This document shows, in pieces, positions 51,945-64,000 of a DNA stretch of 64,000 bases. Position 1 is the first letter of the stretch. Each line of letters starts with the position of its first letter. The translations under genes and the position numbers were made by a program. Source of the DNA: Eledone cirrhosa (taxonomy: Eukaryota); contig OZ024753.1 of the NCBI GenBank assembly GCA_964016885.1, positions 44,330,001 to 44,394,000 on the forward strand, read 5' to 3'. The notes under the pieces are model-generated. The model saw only the letters and a list, made by a program, of their open reading frames with translations, was not told the DNA's origin and ran no database searches.

Positions 51945-54900
51945 CAGGTAAGTCAGAGGAGATATACAGGTGTATGGAAGGTCAGTGGTAAGGTGAGATA
52001 GAGGTAAGTCAGAGGAGATATAGAGGTGTATGGAAGGTCAGTGGTAAGGTGAGATAGAGGTAAGTCAGAGGAAATATAGAGGTGTATGGAAGGTCAGTGG
52101 TAAGGTGAGATAGAGGTAAGTCAGAGATATAGAGGTGTATGGAAGGTCAGTGGTAAGGTGAGATAGAGGTAAGTCAGAGATATAGAGGTGTATGGAAGGT
52201 CAGTGGTAAGGTGAGATAGAGGTAAGTCAGAGGAGATATAGAGGTGTATGGAAGGTCAGTGGTAAGGTGAGATAGAGGTAAGTCAGAGGAGATATAGAGG
52301 TGTATGGAAGGTCAGTGGTAAGGTGAGATAGAGGTAAGTCAGAGGAAATATAGAGGTGTATGGAAGGTCAGTGGTAAGGTGAGATAGAGGTAAGTCAGAG
52401 ATATAGAGGTGTATGGAAGGTCAGTGGTAAGGTGAGATAGAGGTAAGTCAGAGGAGATATAGAGGTGTATGGAAGGTCAGTGGTAAGGTGAGATAGAGGT
52501 AAGTCAGAGATATAGAGGTGTATGGAAGGTCAGTGGTAAGGTGAGATAGAGGTAAGTCAGAAGATATAGAGGTGTATGGAAGGTCAGTGGTAAGGTGAGA
52601 TAGAGGTAAGTCAGAGGAGATATAGAGGTGTATGGAAGGTCAGTGGTAAGGTGAGATAGAGGTAAGTCAGAGATATAGAGGTGTATGGAAGGTCAGTGGT
52701 AAGGTGAGATAGAGGTAAGTCAGAGATATAGAGGTGTATGGAAGGTCAGTGGTAAGGTGAGATAGAGGTAAGTCAGAGATATAGAGGTGTATGGAAGGTC
52801 AGTGGTAAGGTGAGATAGAGGTAAGTCAGAGATATAGAGGTGTATGGAAGGTCAGTGGTAAGGTGAGATAGAGGTAAGTCAGAGATATAGAGGTGTATGG
52901 AAGGTCAGTGGTAAGGTGAGATAGAGGTAAGTCAGAGATATAGAGGTGTATGGAAGGTCAGTGGTAAGGTGAGATAGAGGTAAGTCAGAGATATAGAGGT
53001 GTATGGAAGGTCAGTGGTAAGGTGAGATAGAGGTAAGTCAGAGATATAGAGGTGTATTCAGTGGTAAGGTGAGATAGAGGTAAGTCAGAGGAATATAGAG
53101 GTGTATGGAAGGTCAGTGGTAAGGTGAGATAGAGGTAAGTCAGAGATATAGAGGTGTATGGAAGGTCAGTGGTAAGGTGAGATAGAGGTAAGTCAGAGGA
53201 GATATAGAGGTGTATGGAAGGTCAGTGGTAAGGTGAGATAGAGGTAAGTCAGAGATATAGAGGTGTATGGAAGGTCAGTGGTAAGGTGAGATAGAGGTAA
53301 GTCAGAGAGATATAGAGGTGTATGGAAGGTCAGTGGTAAGGTGAGATAGAGGTAAGTCAGAGATATAGAGGTGTATGGAAGGTCAGTGGTAAGGTGAGAT
53401 AGAGGTAAGTCAAAGATATAGAGGTGTATGGAAGGTCAGTGGTAAGGTGAGATAGAGGTAAGTCAAGAGATATAGAGGTGTATGGAAGGTCAGTGGTAAG
53501 GTGAGATAGAGGTAAGTCAGAGATATAGAGGTGTATGGAAGGTCAGTGGTAAGGTGAGATAGAGGTAAGTCAGAGATATAGAGGTGTATGGAAGGTCAGT
53601 GGTAAGGTGAGATAGAGGTAAGTCAGAGATATAGCAGGTGTATGGAAGGTCAGTGGTAAGGTGAGATAGAGGTAAGTCAAGAGATATAGAGGTGTATGGA
53701 AGGTCAGTGGTAAGGTGAGATAGAGGTAAGTCAGAGATATAGAGGTGTATGGAAGGTCAGTGGTAAGGTGAGATAGAGGTAAGTCAGAGATATAGAGGTG
53801 TATGGAAGGTCAGTGGTAAGGTGAGATAGAGGTAAGTCAGAGATATAGAGGTGTATGGAAGGTCAGTGGTAAGGTGAGATAGAGGTAAGTCAAAGATATA
53901 GAGGTGTATGGAAGGTCAGTGGTAAGGTGAGATAGAGGTAAGTCAAAGATATAGAGGTGTATGGAAGGTCAGTGGTAAGGTGAGATAGAGGTAAGTCAGA
54001 GATATAGAGGTGTATGGAAGGTCAGTGGTAAGGTGAGATAGAGGTAAGTCAGAGATATAGAGGTGTATGGAAGGTCAGTGGTAAGGTGAGATAGAGGTAA
54101 GTCAGAGATATACAGGTGTATGGAAGGTCAGTGGTAAGGTGAGATAGAGGTAAGTCAAGAGATATAGAGGTGTATGGAAGGTCAGTGGTAAGGTGAGATA
54201 GAGGTAAGTCAGAGATATAGAGGTGTATGGAAGGTCAGTGGTAAGGTGAGATAGAGGTAAGTCAGAGATATAGAGGTGTATGGAAGGTCAGTGGTAAGGT
54301 GAGATAGAGGTAAGTCAAAGATATAGAGGTGTATGGAAGGTCAGTGGTAAGGTGAGATAGAGGTAAGTCAGAGATATAGAGGTGTATGGAAGGTCAGTGG
54401 TAAGGTGAGATAGAGGTAAGTCAGAGGAGATATAGAGGTGTATGGAAGGTCAGTGGTAAGGTGAGATAGAGGTAAGTCAGAGATATACAGGTGTATGGAA
54501 GGTCAGTGGTAAGGTGAGATAGAGGTAAGTCAGAGATATAGAGGTGTATGGAAGGTCAGTGGTAAGGTGAGATAGAGGTAAGTCAGAGGAGATATAGAGG
54601 TGTATGGAAGGTCAGTGGTAAGGTGAGATAGAGGTAAGTCAGAGATATAGAGGTGTATGAAAGGTCAGTGGTAAGGTGAGATAGAGGTAAGTCAGAGATA
54701 TAGAGGTGTATGAAAGGTCAGTGGTAAGGTGAGATAGAGGTAAGTCAAGAGATATAGAGGTGTATGGAAGGTCAGTGGTAAGGTGAGATAGAGGTAAGTC
54801 AGAGATATAGAGGTGTATGGAAGGTCAGTGGTAAGGTGAGATAGAGGTAAGTCAGAGGAGATATAGAGGTGTATGAAAGGTCAGTGGTAAGGTGAGATAG

Positions 54901-57900
54901 AGGTAAGTCAGAGGAGATATAGAGGTGTATGGAAGGTCAGTGGTAAGGTGAGATAGAGGTAAGTCAGAGGAGATATAGAGGTGTATGGAAGGTCAGTGGT
55001 AAGGTGAGATAGAGGTAAGTCAGAGGAGATATAGAGGTGTATGGAAGGTCAGTGGTAAGGTGAGATAGAGGTAAGTCAGAGATATAGAGGTGTATGGAAG
55101 GTCAGTGGTAAGGTGAGATAGAGGTAAGTCAGAGGAGATATAGAGGTGTATGGAAGGTCAGTGGTAAGGTGAGATAGAGGTAAGTCAAAGATATAGAGGT
55201 GTATGAAAGGTCAGTGGTAAGGTGAGATAGAGGTAAGTCAGAGATATAGAGGTGTATGGAAGGTCAGTGGTAAGGTGAGATAGAGGTAAGTCAGAGATAT
55301 AGAGGTGTATGAAAGGTCAGTGGTAAGGTGAGATAGAGGTAAGTCAGAGATATAGAGGTGTATGGAAGGTCAGTGGTAAGGTGAGATAGAGGTAAGTCAG
55401 AGGAGATATAGAGGTGTATGGAAGGTCAGTGGTAAGGTGAGATAGAGGTAAGTCAGAGATATAGAGGTGTATGGAAGGTCAGTGGTAAGGTGAGATAGAG
55501 GTAAGTCAGAGATATACAGGTGTATGGAAGGTCAGTGGTAAGGTGAGATAGTGGTAAGTCAGAGATATAGAGGTGTATGGAAGGTCAGTGGTAAGGTGAG
55601 ATAGAGGTAAGTCAAAGATATAGAGGTGTATGGAAGGTCAGTGGTAAGGTGAGATAGAGGTAAGTCAGAGATATAGAGGTGTATGGAAGGTCAGTGGTAA
55701 GGTGAGATAGAGGTAAGTCAGAGATATAGAGGTGTATGGAAGGTCAGTGGTAAGGTGAGATAGAGGTAAGTCAAAGATATAGAGGTGTATGGAAGGTCAG
55801 TGGTAAGGTGAGATAGAGGTAAGTCAGAGATATAGAGGTGTATGGAAGGTCAGTGGTAAGGTGAGATAGAGGTAAGTCAGAGGAGATATAGAGGTGTATG
55901 GAAGGTCAGTGGTAAGGTGAGATAGAGGTAAGTCAGAGATATACAGGTGTATGGAAGGTCAGTGGTAAGGTGAGATAGAGGTAAGTCAGAGATATAGAGG
56001 TGTATGGAAGGTCAGTGGTAAGGTGAGATAGAGGTAAGTCAGAGGAGATATAGAGGTGTATGGAAGGTCAGTGGTAAGGTGAGATAGAGGTAAGTCAGAG
56101 ATATAGAGGTGTATGAAAGGTCAGTGGTAAGGTGAGATAGAGGTAAGTCAGAGATATAGAGGTGTATGAAAGGTCAGTGGTAAGGTGAGATAGAGGTAAG
56201 TCAAAGATATAGAGGTGTATGGAAGGTCAGTGGTAAGGTGAGATAGAGGTAAGTCAGAGGAGATATAGAGGTGTATGGAAGGTCAGTGGTAAGGTGAGAT
56301 AGAGGTAAGTCAGAGGAGATATAGAGGTGTATGAAAGGTCAGTGGTAAGGTGAGATAGAGGTAAGTCAGAGGAGATATAGAGGTGTATGGAAGGTCAGTG
56401 GTAAGGTGAGATAGAGGTAAGTCAGAGGAGATATAGAGGTGTATGGAAGGTCAGTGGTAAGGTGAGATAGAGGTAAGTCAGAGGAGATATAGAGGTGTAT
56501 GGAAGGTCAGTGGTAAGGTGAGATAGAGGTAAGTCAGAGATATAGAGGTGTATGGAAGGTCAGTGGTAAGGTGAGATAGAGGTAAGTCAGAGGAGATATA
56601 GAGGTGTATGGAAGGTCAGTGGTAAGGTGAGATAGAGGTAAGTCAAAGATATAGAGGTGTATGAAAGGTCAGTGGTAAGGTGAGATAGAGGTAAGTCAGA
56701 GATATAGAGGTGTATGGAAGGTCAGTGGTAAGGTGAGATAGAGGTAAGTCAGAGATATAGAGGTGTATGAAAGGTCAGTGGTAAGGTGAGATAGAGGTAA
56801 GTCAGAGATATAGAGGTGTATGGAAGGTCAGTGGTAAGGTGAGATAGAGGTAAGTCAGAGGAGATATAGAGGTGTATGGAAGGTCAGTGGTAAGGTGAGA
56901 TAGAGGTAAGTCAGAGATATAGAGGTGTATGGAAGGTCAGTGGTAAGGTGAGATAGAGGTAAGTCAGAGATATACAGGTGTATGGAAGGTCAGTGGTAAG
57001 GTGAGATAGTGGTAAGTCAGAGATATAGAGGTGTATGGAAGGTCAGTGGTAAGGTGAGATAGAGGTAAGTCAGAGGAGATATAGAGGTGTATGGAAGGTC
57101 AGTGGTAAGGTGAGATAGAGGTAAGTCAGAGATATAGAGGTGTAAGGAAGGTCAGTGGTAAGGTGAGATAGAGGTAAGTCAGAGGAGATATAGAGGTGTA
57201 TGAAAGGTCAGTGGTAAGGTGAGATAGAGGTAAGTCAAAGATATACAGGTGTATGGAAGGTCAGTGGTAAGGTGAGATAGAGGTAAGTCAGAGGAGATAT
57301 AGAGGTGTATGGAAGGTCAGTGGTAAGGTGAGATAGAGGTAAGTCAAAGATATAGAGGTGTATGGAAGCTCAGTGGTAAGGTGAGATAGAGGTAAGTCAG
57401 AGATATAGAGGTGTATGGAAGGTCAGTGGTAAGGTGAGATAGAGGTAAGTCAGAGGAGATATAGAGGTGTATGGAAGGTCAGTGGTAAGGTGAGATAGAG
57501 GTAAGTCAGAGATATAGAGGTGTATGGAAGGTCAGTGGTAAGGTGAGATAGAGGTAAGTCAGAGGAGATATAGAGGTGTATGGAAGGTCAGTGGTAAGGT
57601 GAGATAGAGGTAAGTCAGAGATATAGAGGTGTATGGAAGGTCAGTGGTAAGGTGAGATAGAGGTAAGTCAGAGGAGATATACAGGTGTATGGAAGGTCAG
57701 TGGTAAGGTGAGATAGAGGTAAGTCAGAGGAAATATAGAGGTGTATGGAAGGTCAGTGGTAAGGTGAGATAGAGGTAAGTCAGAGGAAATATAGAGGTGT
57801 ATGGAAGGTCAGTGGTAAGGTGAGATAGAGGTAAGTCAAAGGAGATATAGAGGTGTATGGAAGGTCAGTGGTAAGGTGAGATAGAGGTAAGTCAGAGGAG

Positions 57901-58438
57901 ATATAGAGGTGTATGGAAGGTCAGTGGTAAGGTGAGATAGAGGTAAGTCAGAGGAGATATAGAGGTGTATGGAAGGTCAGTGGTAAGGTGAGATAGAGGT
58001 AAGTCAGAGATATAGAGGTGTATGGAAGGTCAGTGGTAAGGTGAGATAGAGGTAAGTCAGAGATATACAGGTGTATGGAAGGTCAGTGGTAAGGTGAGAT
58101 AGTGGTAAGTCAGAGGAAATATAGAGGTGTATGGAAGGTCAGTGGTAAGGTGAGATAGTGGTAAGTCAGAGGAAATATAGAGGTGTATGGAAGGTCAGTG
58201 GTAAGGTGAGATAGAGGTAAGTCAGAGGAGATATAGAGGTGTATGGAAGGTCAGTGGTAAGGTGAGATAGAGGTAAGTCAGAGGAGATATAGAGGTGTAT
58301 GGAAGGTCAGTGGTAAGGTGAGATAGAGGTAAGTCAGAGATATAGAGGTGTATGGAAGGTCAGTGGTAAGGTGAGATAGAGGTAAGTCAGAGATATAGAG
58401 GTGTATGGAAGGTCAGTGGTAAGGTGAGATAGAGGTAA
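51945..58438. repeat. 53/56-bp satellite, roughly 120 units, ~6.5 kb
   Basis: Unit GAGGTAAGTCAGA(GGA)GATATAGAGGTGTATGGAAGGTCAGTGGTAAGGTGAGATA; very homogeneous, with a purine-rich plus strand. Confidence 0.97.
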
Positions 58439-58440
58439 CT

Positions 58441-58580
58441 CTGGTACTTTCTTTATCAACCTCGAAAGGATGAAAGGCTAAGTTAACCTTGGCAGGATTT
58501 GAACTCAGAGCAGGGAGTCAGAATAAATTATGAAAAGTATTGTACCTGACATTCTAACGACTCTGCTAATTGGCTGCCTA
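58441..58580 (-). mobile_element. old Meta-like SINE abutting the satellite
   Basis: CTGGTACTTTCTTTATCAACCTCGAAAGGATGAAAGGC...GGATTTGAACTC; its 3' side runs directly into the 53-bp array. Confidence 0.75.
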
Positions 58581-58652
58581 GAAATATATACAGACTGGTA
58601 AATATACACCTACACATGCATAGAAATAAATATACATACATATATATATATA

Positions 58653-58735
58653 TAGAGGGTGTCGCCCAAAAATGTATACACATATTTATTAGAATGCTGT
58701 TGAATCATGTATACATTTTTTGGGGACACCCTGTA
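58653..58735. mobile_element. ~80-bp Tc1/mariner MITE
   Basis: TA-GAGGGTGTCGCCCAAAAATGTATACA ... TGTATACATTTTTTGGGGACACCCTG-TA. Confidence 0.8.
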
Positions 58736-59189
58736 TATATACTAACATCTACAAATGCACACTGTGTGGATTTGTGTGGGGTTGTGTGTGTGCACATGCA
58801 TATGTGTGTGTGTTTGTGCATATGTGTGTGTGTGTTTGTGCATATGTGTGTGTGTGTTTGTGCATATGTGTGTGTGTGTTTGTGCATATGTGTGTGTGTG
58901 TTTGTGCATATGTGTGTGCTTGTGTGCGTTTTAGAAAACCCCTCTTGTTAAAGGAGATTCTTATACAGATTGTTTACTTCGTAAGTATGCTGAGACCCCA
59001 GAGTTTAGATTGAGAGGAACCCCCAGGCCAGGAAGGGCCACACAATGGAGATATTTTGATCTGGTATTGAACCCCAAACTAGCAGCTAATCAATCAGTTG
59101 TCAATATTATAGTGTTACAGCCCCCCCCCCCTCCCCCTTCTCACACAGGAAAAATCTATGGCCATGTGCCAACGTTAAAAATCAATACA

Positions 59190-59590
59190 GAACTATTACT
59201 ACTACTACTACTGCTGCTGCTATTACTACTACTGCTACTACTACTACTACTGCTGCTGCTACAACTGCTACTGCTACTACTACTACTACTACTGCTGCTA
59301 CAACTGCTACTGCTACTACTACTACTACTACTGCTGCTACTACTGCTACTACTACTGCTACTATACAGAACTATTACTGCTACTGCTACTACTACTGATA
59401 CTATACAGAACTATTACTATTACTACTGCTACTACTGCTGCTGCTACTACTGCTGCTGCTGCTACAACTGCTACTGCTACTACTACTACTACTACTGCTG
59501 CTACTACTGCTACTGCTACTACTACTGCTACTACTACTGCTGCTGCTACAACTGCTACTGCTACTACTACTGCTACTACTACCGCTACTG

Positions 59591-59631
<41 letters not shown>

Positions 59632-59665
59632 GCTACTACTACTACTACTGTTACTGCTACTACTA

Positions 59666-59696
<31 letters not shown>

Positions 59697-59731
59697 CACT
59701 ACCACTACTACTACTACTACTACCACTACTG

Positions 59732-59775
<44 letters not shown>

Positions 59776-59812
59776 GCTACTACTACTACTACTACTGTTA
59801 CTGCTACTACTA

Positions 59813-59846
<34 letters not shown>

Positions 59847-59995
59847 CACTACCACTACTACTACTACTACTACCACTACTACTACTACCACTACTACCAC
59901 TACTAATACTACTACTACTACTGCTAATACTACTACTACTACTGCTACTACCACTACCAGTACTACTACCACTACTAATACTACTACTACTACTG

Positions 59996-60028
<33 letters not shown>

Positions 60029-60030
60029 TA
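59190..60030. repeat. long (CTA/CTG)n trinucleotide tract
   Basis: ~840 bp; source of the poly-L/Y/V/S pseudo-ORFs. Confidence 0.95.
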
Positions 60031-60579
60031 TTCTGTTAACATCAGTTATTATTTACATTGAGGTAGATGGAACCATTTGAGAATTGTTTCCACTGCAGAT
60101 AATAGAGTAGCAAGATATCAAGTACCCCTGCCCCTTGGTGGCAGTCTCTCCCCCACCATGTGTGTGTGTGTCTATGTTTGTTAGTGTGTGTTTGTGAGTG
60201 TGTATTTGACTGTGTATATGTGTTAGTTTGCGTTTGTGAGTGTGTGTGTGTGTTTGTAAGTGAATGTTTGTGTATGTATATTTGTGAGTGTGTAAGTGTA
60301 TGTTTGTGTATGTATATTTATGAGTGTGTGTATGTCAGTGTATGTATGTGTGTGTATGTAAGTGTATGTGTCTATAAGAGAGTGTATATGTAAGTGTGAG
60401 TGAGTATGTCTATAAGAGTGTGTGTATGTAAGTGTAAGTGTCTATAAGAGTGTGTGTAAGTGTCTATAAGAGTGTATGTAAGTGTGTATGTGTCTATAAG
60501 TGTGTTTTGTTTAATAAGCAACATTCAAAAGTGACTTGCTATACTACTCTATCCATCATTGATGTTTATCAATGTCCCA

Positions 60580-60970
60580 CCAACCACCAAACCAGCTAAC
60601 TACCAAACCACCTAACCAGCTAAGCACCAAACCACCCAACCACCAAACCACCCAACCACCAAACCAGCTAACCACCAAACCACCCAACCACCAAACCAGC
60701 TAACCACCAAACCAGCTAACCACCAAACCAGCTAACCACACAACCACCAAACCAGCTAACCACACAACCACTCAGCCAGTTAACTAATCACACAGCCACC
60801 TAACCACCCAGCTAATCACACAACTAGCCAGCTAACTAACCACTCAGCCAGCCAGCTAAACACCCAGCCTGCCAACCAGCCAGCTATAGAACCAGCCAGC
60901 CAACCCAACCTGTTAAACTCCCAGCCAGCCAACCACCAACCCAACCAGTTAACCAGACAAAAGCCAGCCA
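60580..60970. repeat. degenerate ACCA/GCTAACC/CCAG minisatellite
   Basis: ACCAGCTAACCACCAA-type 16-bp units grading into (CCAG)n. Confidence 0.8.
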
Positions 60971-61433
60971 TTGAAGAATCTACACTCCTTGTTCATCCAA
61001 AATGTGTCAGTCATAAACAATAGTGGGAAACTGGCCAACAAACTTCCACTCTGCATGTCTGTATAACCAACTTAGTGTTAACGTATTTAATGCAGTAAGC
61101 ATTAAAAAAAAAAAACTAACTAGAAATAATTATATGACGAGGAAAAAGAAGAAAGAAAGAAAAAAGAAAGAAAGAAAGAAAGAATATTGTTTTTAGTGAA
61201 TGATGAATAATATTTTCATTCTTCTCATGGGATGTGGCAGCCATAACATAACACCATTTGTGGAATTCTATTGAATGAAAATAATAAAAACAACAGTGGT
61301 GTGTTTATTTTGTGCATATTGGTTAAGATTAAAAGCATTCCCTAATCAAAGTAGGTTTCAGGTTAGCCAAGCAAGGAGCTGCTATGTGGTTGCTCAATCA
61401 TCTAGAAATAGCAATAGAATGTCCCTCAAATAA

Positions 61434-61829
61434 TACTCAAATAATTGTTTCTACTTTAGGCACAAGGCCAGCAATTACCCAGTGCATTACTGGTACTTTA
61501 TTTTATCGACCTCGTAAGGATGAAAAGCAAAGTCAACCTCGGCGGGATTTGAACTCAGATCGTAAAGGGACGTAACTATGCTGGAAAGCATGGCGTCCGA
61601 CCCTCTACTGATACTGCCAATCCACTACTCAAATAATTGTTTCTACTTTAGGCACAAGGCAAGCAATTACCCAGTGCATTACTGGTACTTTATTTTATCG
61701 ACCTCGTAAGGATGAAAGGCAAAGTCAACCTCGGCGGGATTTGAACTCAGATCGTAAAGGGACGTAACTATGCTGGAAAGCATGGCGTCCGACCCTCTAC
61801 TGATACTGCCAATCCACTACTCAAATAAT
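61434..61829 (-). mobile_element. head-to-tail SINE dimer (period 192 bp)
   Basis: Two near-identical Meta-like SINEs; TACTCAAATAAT occurs at 61434, 61626 and 61818. Confidence 0.9.
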
Positions 61830-62241
61830 ACTCATAGAAAAGACAAAAAAAAAAAAAAAAAAAAAACACATTGGATAGTGTAGTCCTAGATATATTATGT
61901 CAGTAAAACAAACACACATAAAACAAAACAAAAGTAAAAATGAGTTTGTTGTGGTTTAAAGGTATTTACTCCTGTGTCTGTTGGATCAGATCTGGGTTTA
62001 AGTAACATCTAGAACAAGACCACTTTCTGCAGCTGCAACCTGGTGCAGTCTGCGACTAACCCAGGTTCTGCTGCATGTCGGGCTGTGGAGGCCAAAGTCA
62101 CATTACGTAATGAAGGAGTAACCAATTGTCCTTGTTTTGTTATACTACACTCTGTCTAGCTCTACACCTCGATACCAATGTGAACCTAGACATCGAGTGC
62201 TCACCCAGGTGAACCTACAGTAACTCTGTGTTACGCTCCTT

Positions 62242-62243
<2 letters not shown>

Positions 62244-62320
<77 letters not shown>

Positions 62321-62455
62321 TATGTGTAAGTGTGTTTGCGTCTATATACATACATATATATATATAGAGATATATATATATATATATGTGTGTGTGAGTA
62401 TATGTTCATGTGTGTGTGTGTGTATATGCATATACACATATATATATATATATAT

Positions 62456-62486
<31 letters not shown>

Positions 62487-62583
62487 TGTGTAAGTGTGTT
62501 TGCGTCTATATACATATATATAGATATATATATATATGTGTGTGAGTATATGTTCATGTGTGTGTGTGTATATATATGCATAT

Positions 62584-62630
<47 letters not shown>

Positions 62631-62790
62631 TAGATAGATAGATATGTGTAAGTGTGTTTGCGTCTATATACATATATATAGATATATATATATATATGTG
62701 TGTGTGTGAGTATATGTTCATGTGTGTGTGTCTATATGCATATGCACACATATATATATATATATAGAGAGAGATAGATTGATATGTAAA
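62244..62790. repeat. ~160-bp tandem repeat built from compound microsatellites
   Basis: Anchor GATATGTGTAAGTGTGTTTGCGTCTATATAC at 62319, 62483 and 62641. Confidence 0.85.
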
Positions 62791-63343
62791 TGTGTATGTA
62801 TATAGATTAAGAAAAGTACACAGTAGAAAAAGCAATCAGTAAACAGATCAAGTGTCATTTAAACAGCAATTTTTGTTTTCAATGGTCAAACAAATGCAGA
62901 AGATAGGCTTAAAAAATCTCTTTGATTCTCTATATATTCACACAACGGTTTCCCAACCTTTTAACCTCGTACATACTCTTACTGCATTGTTCCAATAAAG
63001 TAAAATATTTGACTCATCTTTGCCACCTTCAAGCCAAACGTAATTTTCTTTTTATTGAAACAAAAAAAATAAAATAAAATAAATGGAGGTTATTTTTTCA
63101 CAGGCAATCAATTCTTTAAGATCACCTTTAAATACTTTCTGTTCATTAATGTTGGCTAGTTTTATTGGAAAATGTTCAGCACCAATTCCAGCACAATTTT
63201 CTGCTTCTTTTCTTTTCATTTACATCATTATGTTTTGGCCCACGACTTGAAATTTTCAAAATTAATCATTGCTAACTGTAAATGGTTGACTTTCCATCTG
63301 TATCTACTCTAAGTTTCTCACTCTTTCTTTCTCTCTCCTCTGG

Positions 63344-63415
<72 letters not shown>

Positions 63416-63631
63416 CATTCTCATTTATGGTCCATTTTTCCATGCTAACATAGATATACTGTATATTGTATATATATATATATATCTATATATATATATG
63501 TATATATATATATTTATAATAGCATCATCATCATCACTTTAATGCCCGCTTTCCCTGATATAGTTATTTAAGTATATATGTTTGTAGAAAGTCATCAAAG
63601 ATGAAACAATGTGAAAGAACAATACCATCTT

Positions 63632-63668
<37 letters not shown>

Positions 63669-63846
63669 TTTAACGCTTTATACAATAGGGAAACAACCTT
63701 GAGGTTTTGGATGTTAGTCCTTTATTAGAGAGAATGAAAGATAGATGAGAGTAAGAAGAAAAAGAAATATATTATAAAGAGTCAGGACTCTCAGTATTGA
63801 GTACTCTGTTGAATAATGGTCAAACCAGTTTCAAACTAAATCCATC

Positions 63847-63962
<116 letters not shown>

Positions 63963-64000
63963 TGATTAGATATGCACTTACAATGTATGTATACATTCGT

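Noticed and set aside
51945-58438. CRISPR-like array (also considered for the 32-bp and 72-bp arrays)
   Set aside because: Pure tandem units with no unique spacers, no cas genes and a eukaryotic context.
59010-60042. 298-aa, 203-aa and 213-aa ORFs
   Set aside because: Poly-L/Y/V/S products of the (CTA)n tract.
60580-60860. Interstitial telomeric repeat
   Set aside because: Units are GCTAACC/ACCA mixtures, not tandem CCCTAA.

Overview
This is a very AT-rich, microsatellite-saturated animal genomic window. The repeat content is consistent with a cephalopod such as Octopus, but that assignment is an inference. I can support no intact host protein-coding gene, tRNA, rRNA or CRISPR array; almost all listed ORFs are translations of (TA)n, (CA)n, (CTA)n or (AAT)n tracts. 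The window looks intergenic or intronic and is a dense record of transposable elements: (1) eight copies of a ~220-bp TTAA-flanked piggyBac-type MITE, three of which carry internal 72-bp minisatellite expansions; (2) several Tc1/mariner MITEs; (3) more than 12 copies of a tRNA-derived SINE with a Meta-like central domain, plus CORE-like and V-like SINEs; (4) 5'-truncated RTE LINE ends of three kinds, a CRE-type RLE fragment, and three copies of a ~605-bp bipartite non-autonomous RTE derivative ending in a C2H2 finger; (5) short Penelope-like (pLTR) remnants sitting in (TA)n tracts, which carry minimal type-I hammerhead ribozyme motifs (with covariation between copies) and fold-back arms; (6) a 6.5-kb satellite of 53/56-bp units packed with 5' splice-site consensus motifs and showing a ~1458-bp higher-order duplication. 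The hammerhead/fold-back elements, the bipartite RTE element with a structured leader, and the splice-donor satellite most deserve follow-up.
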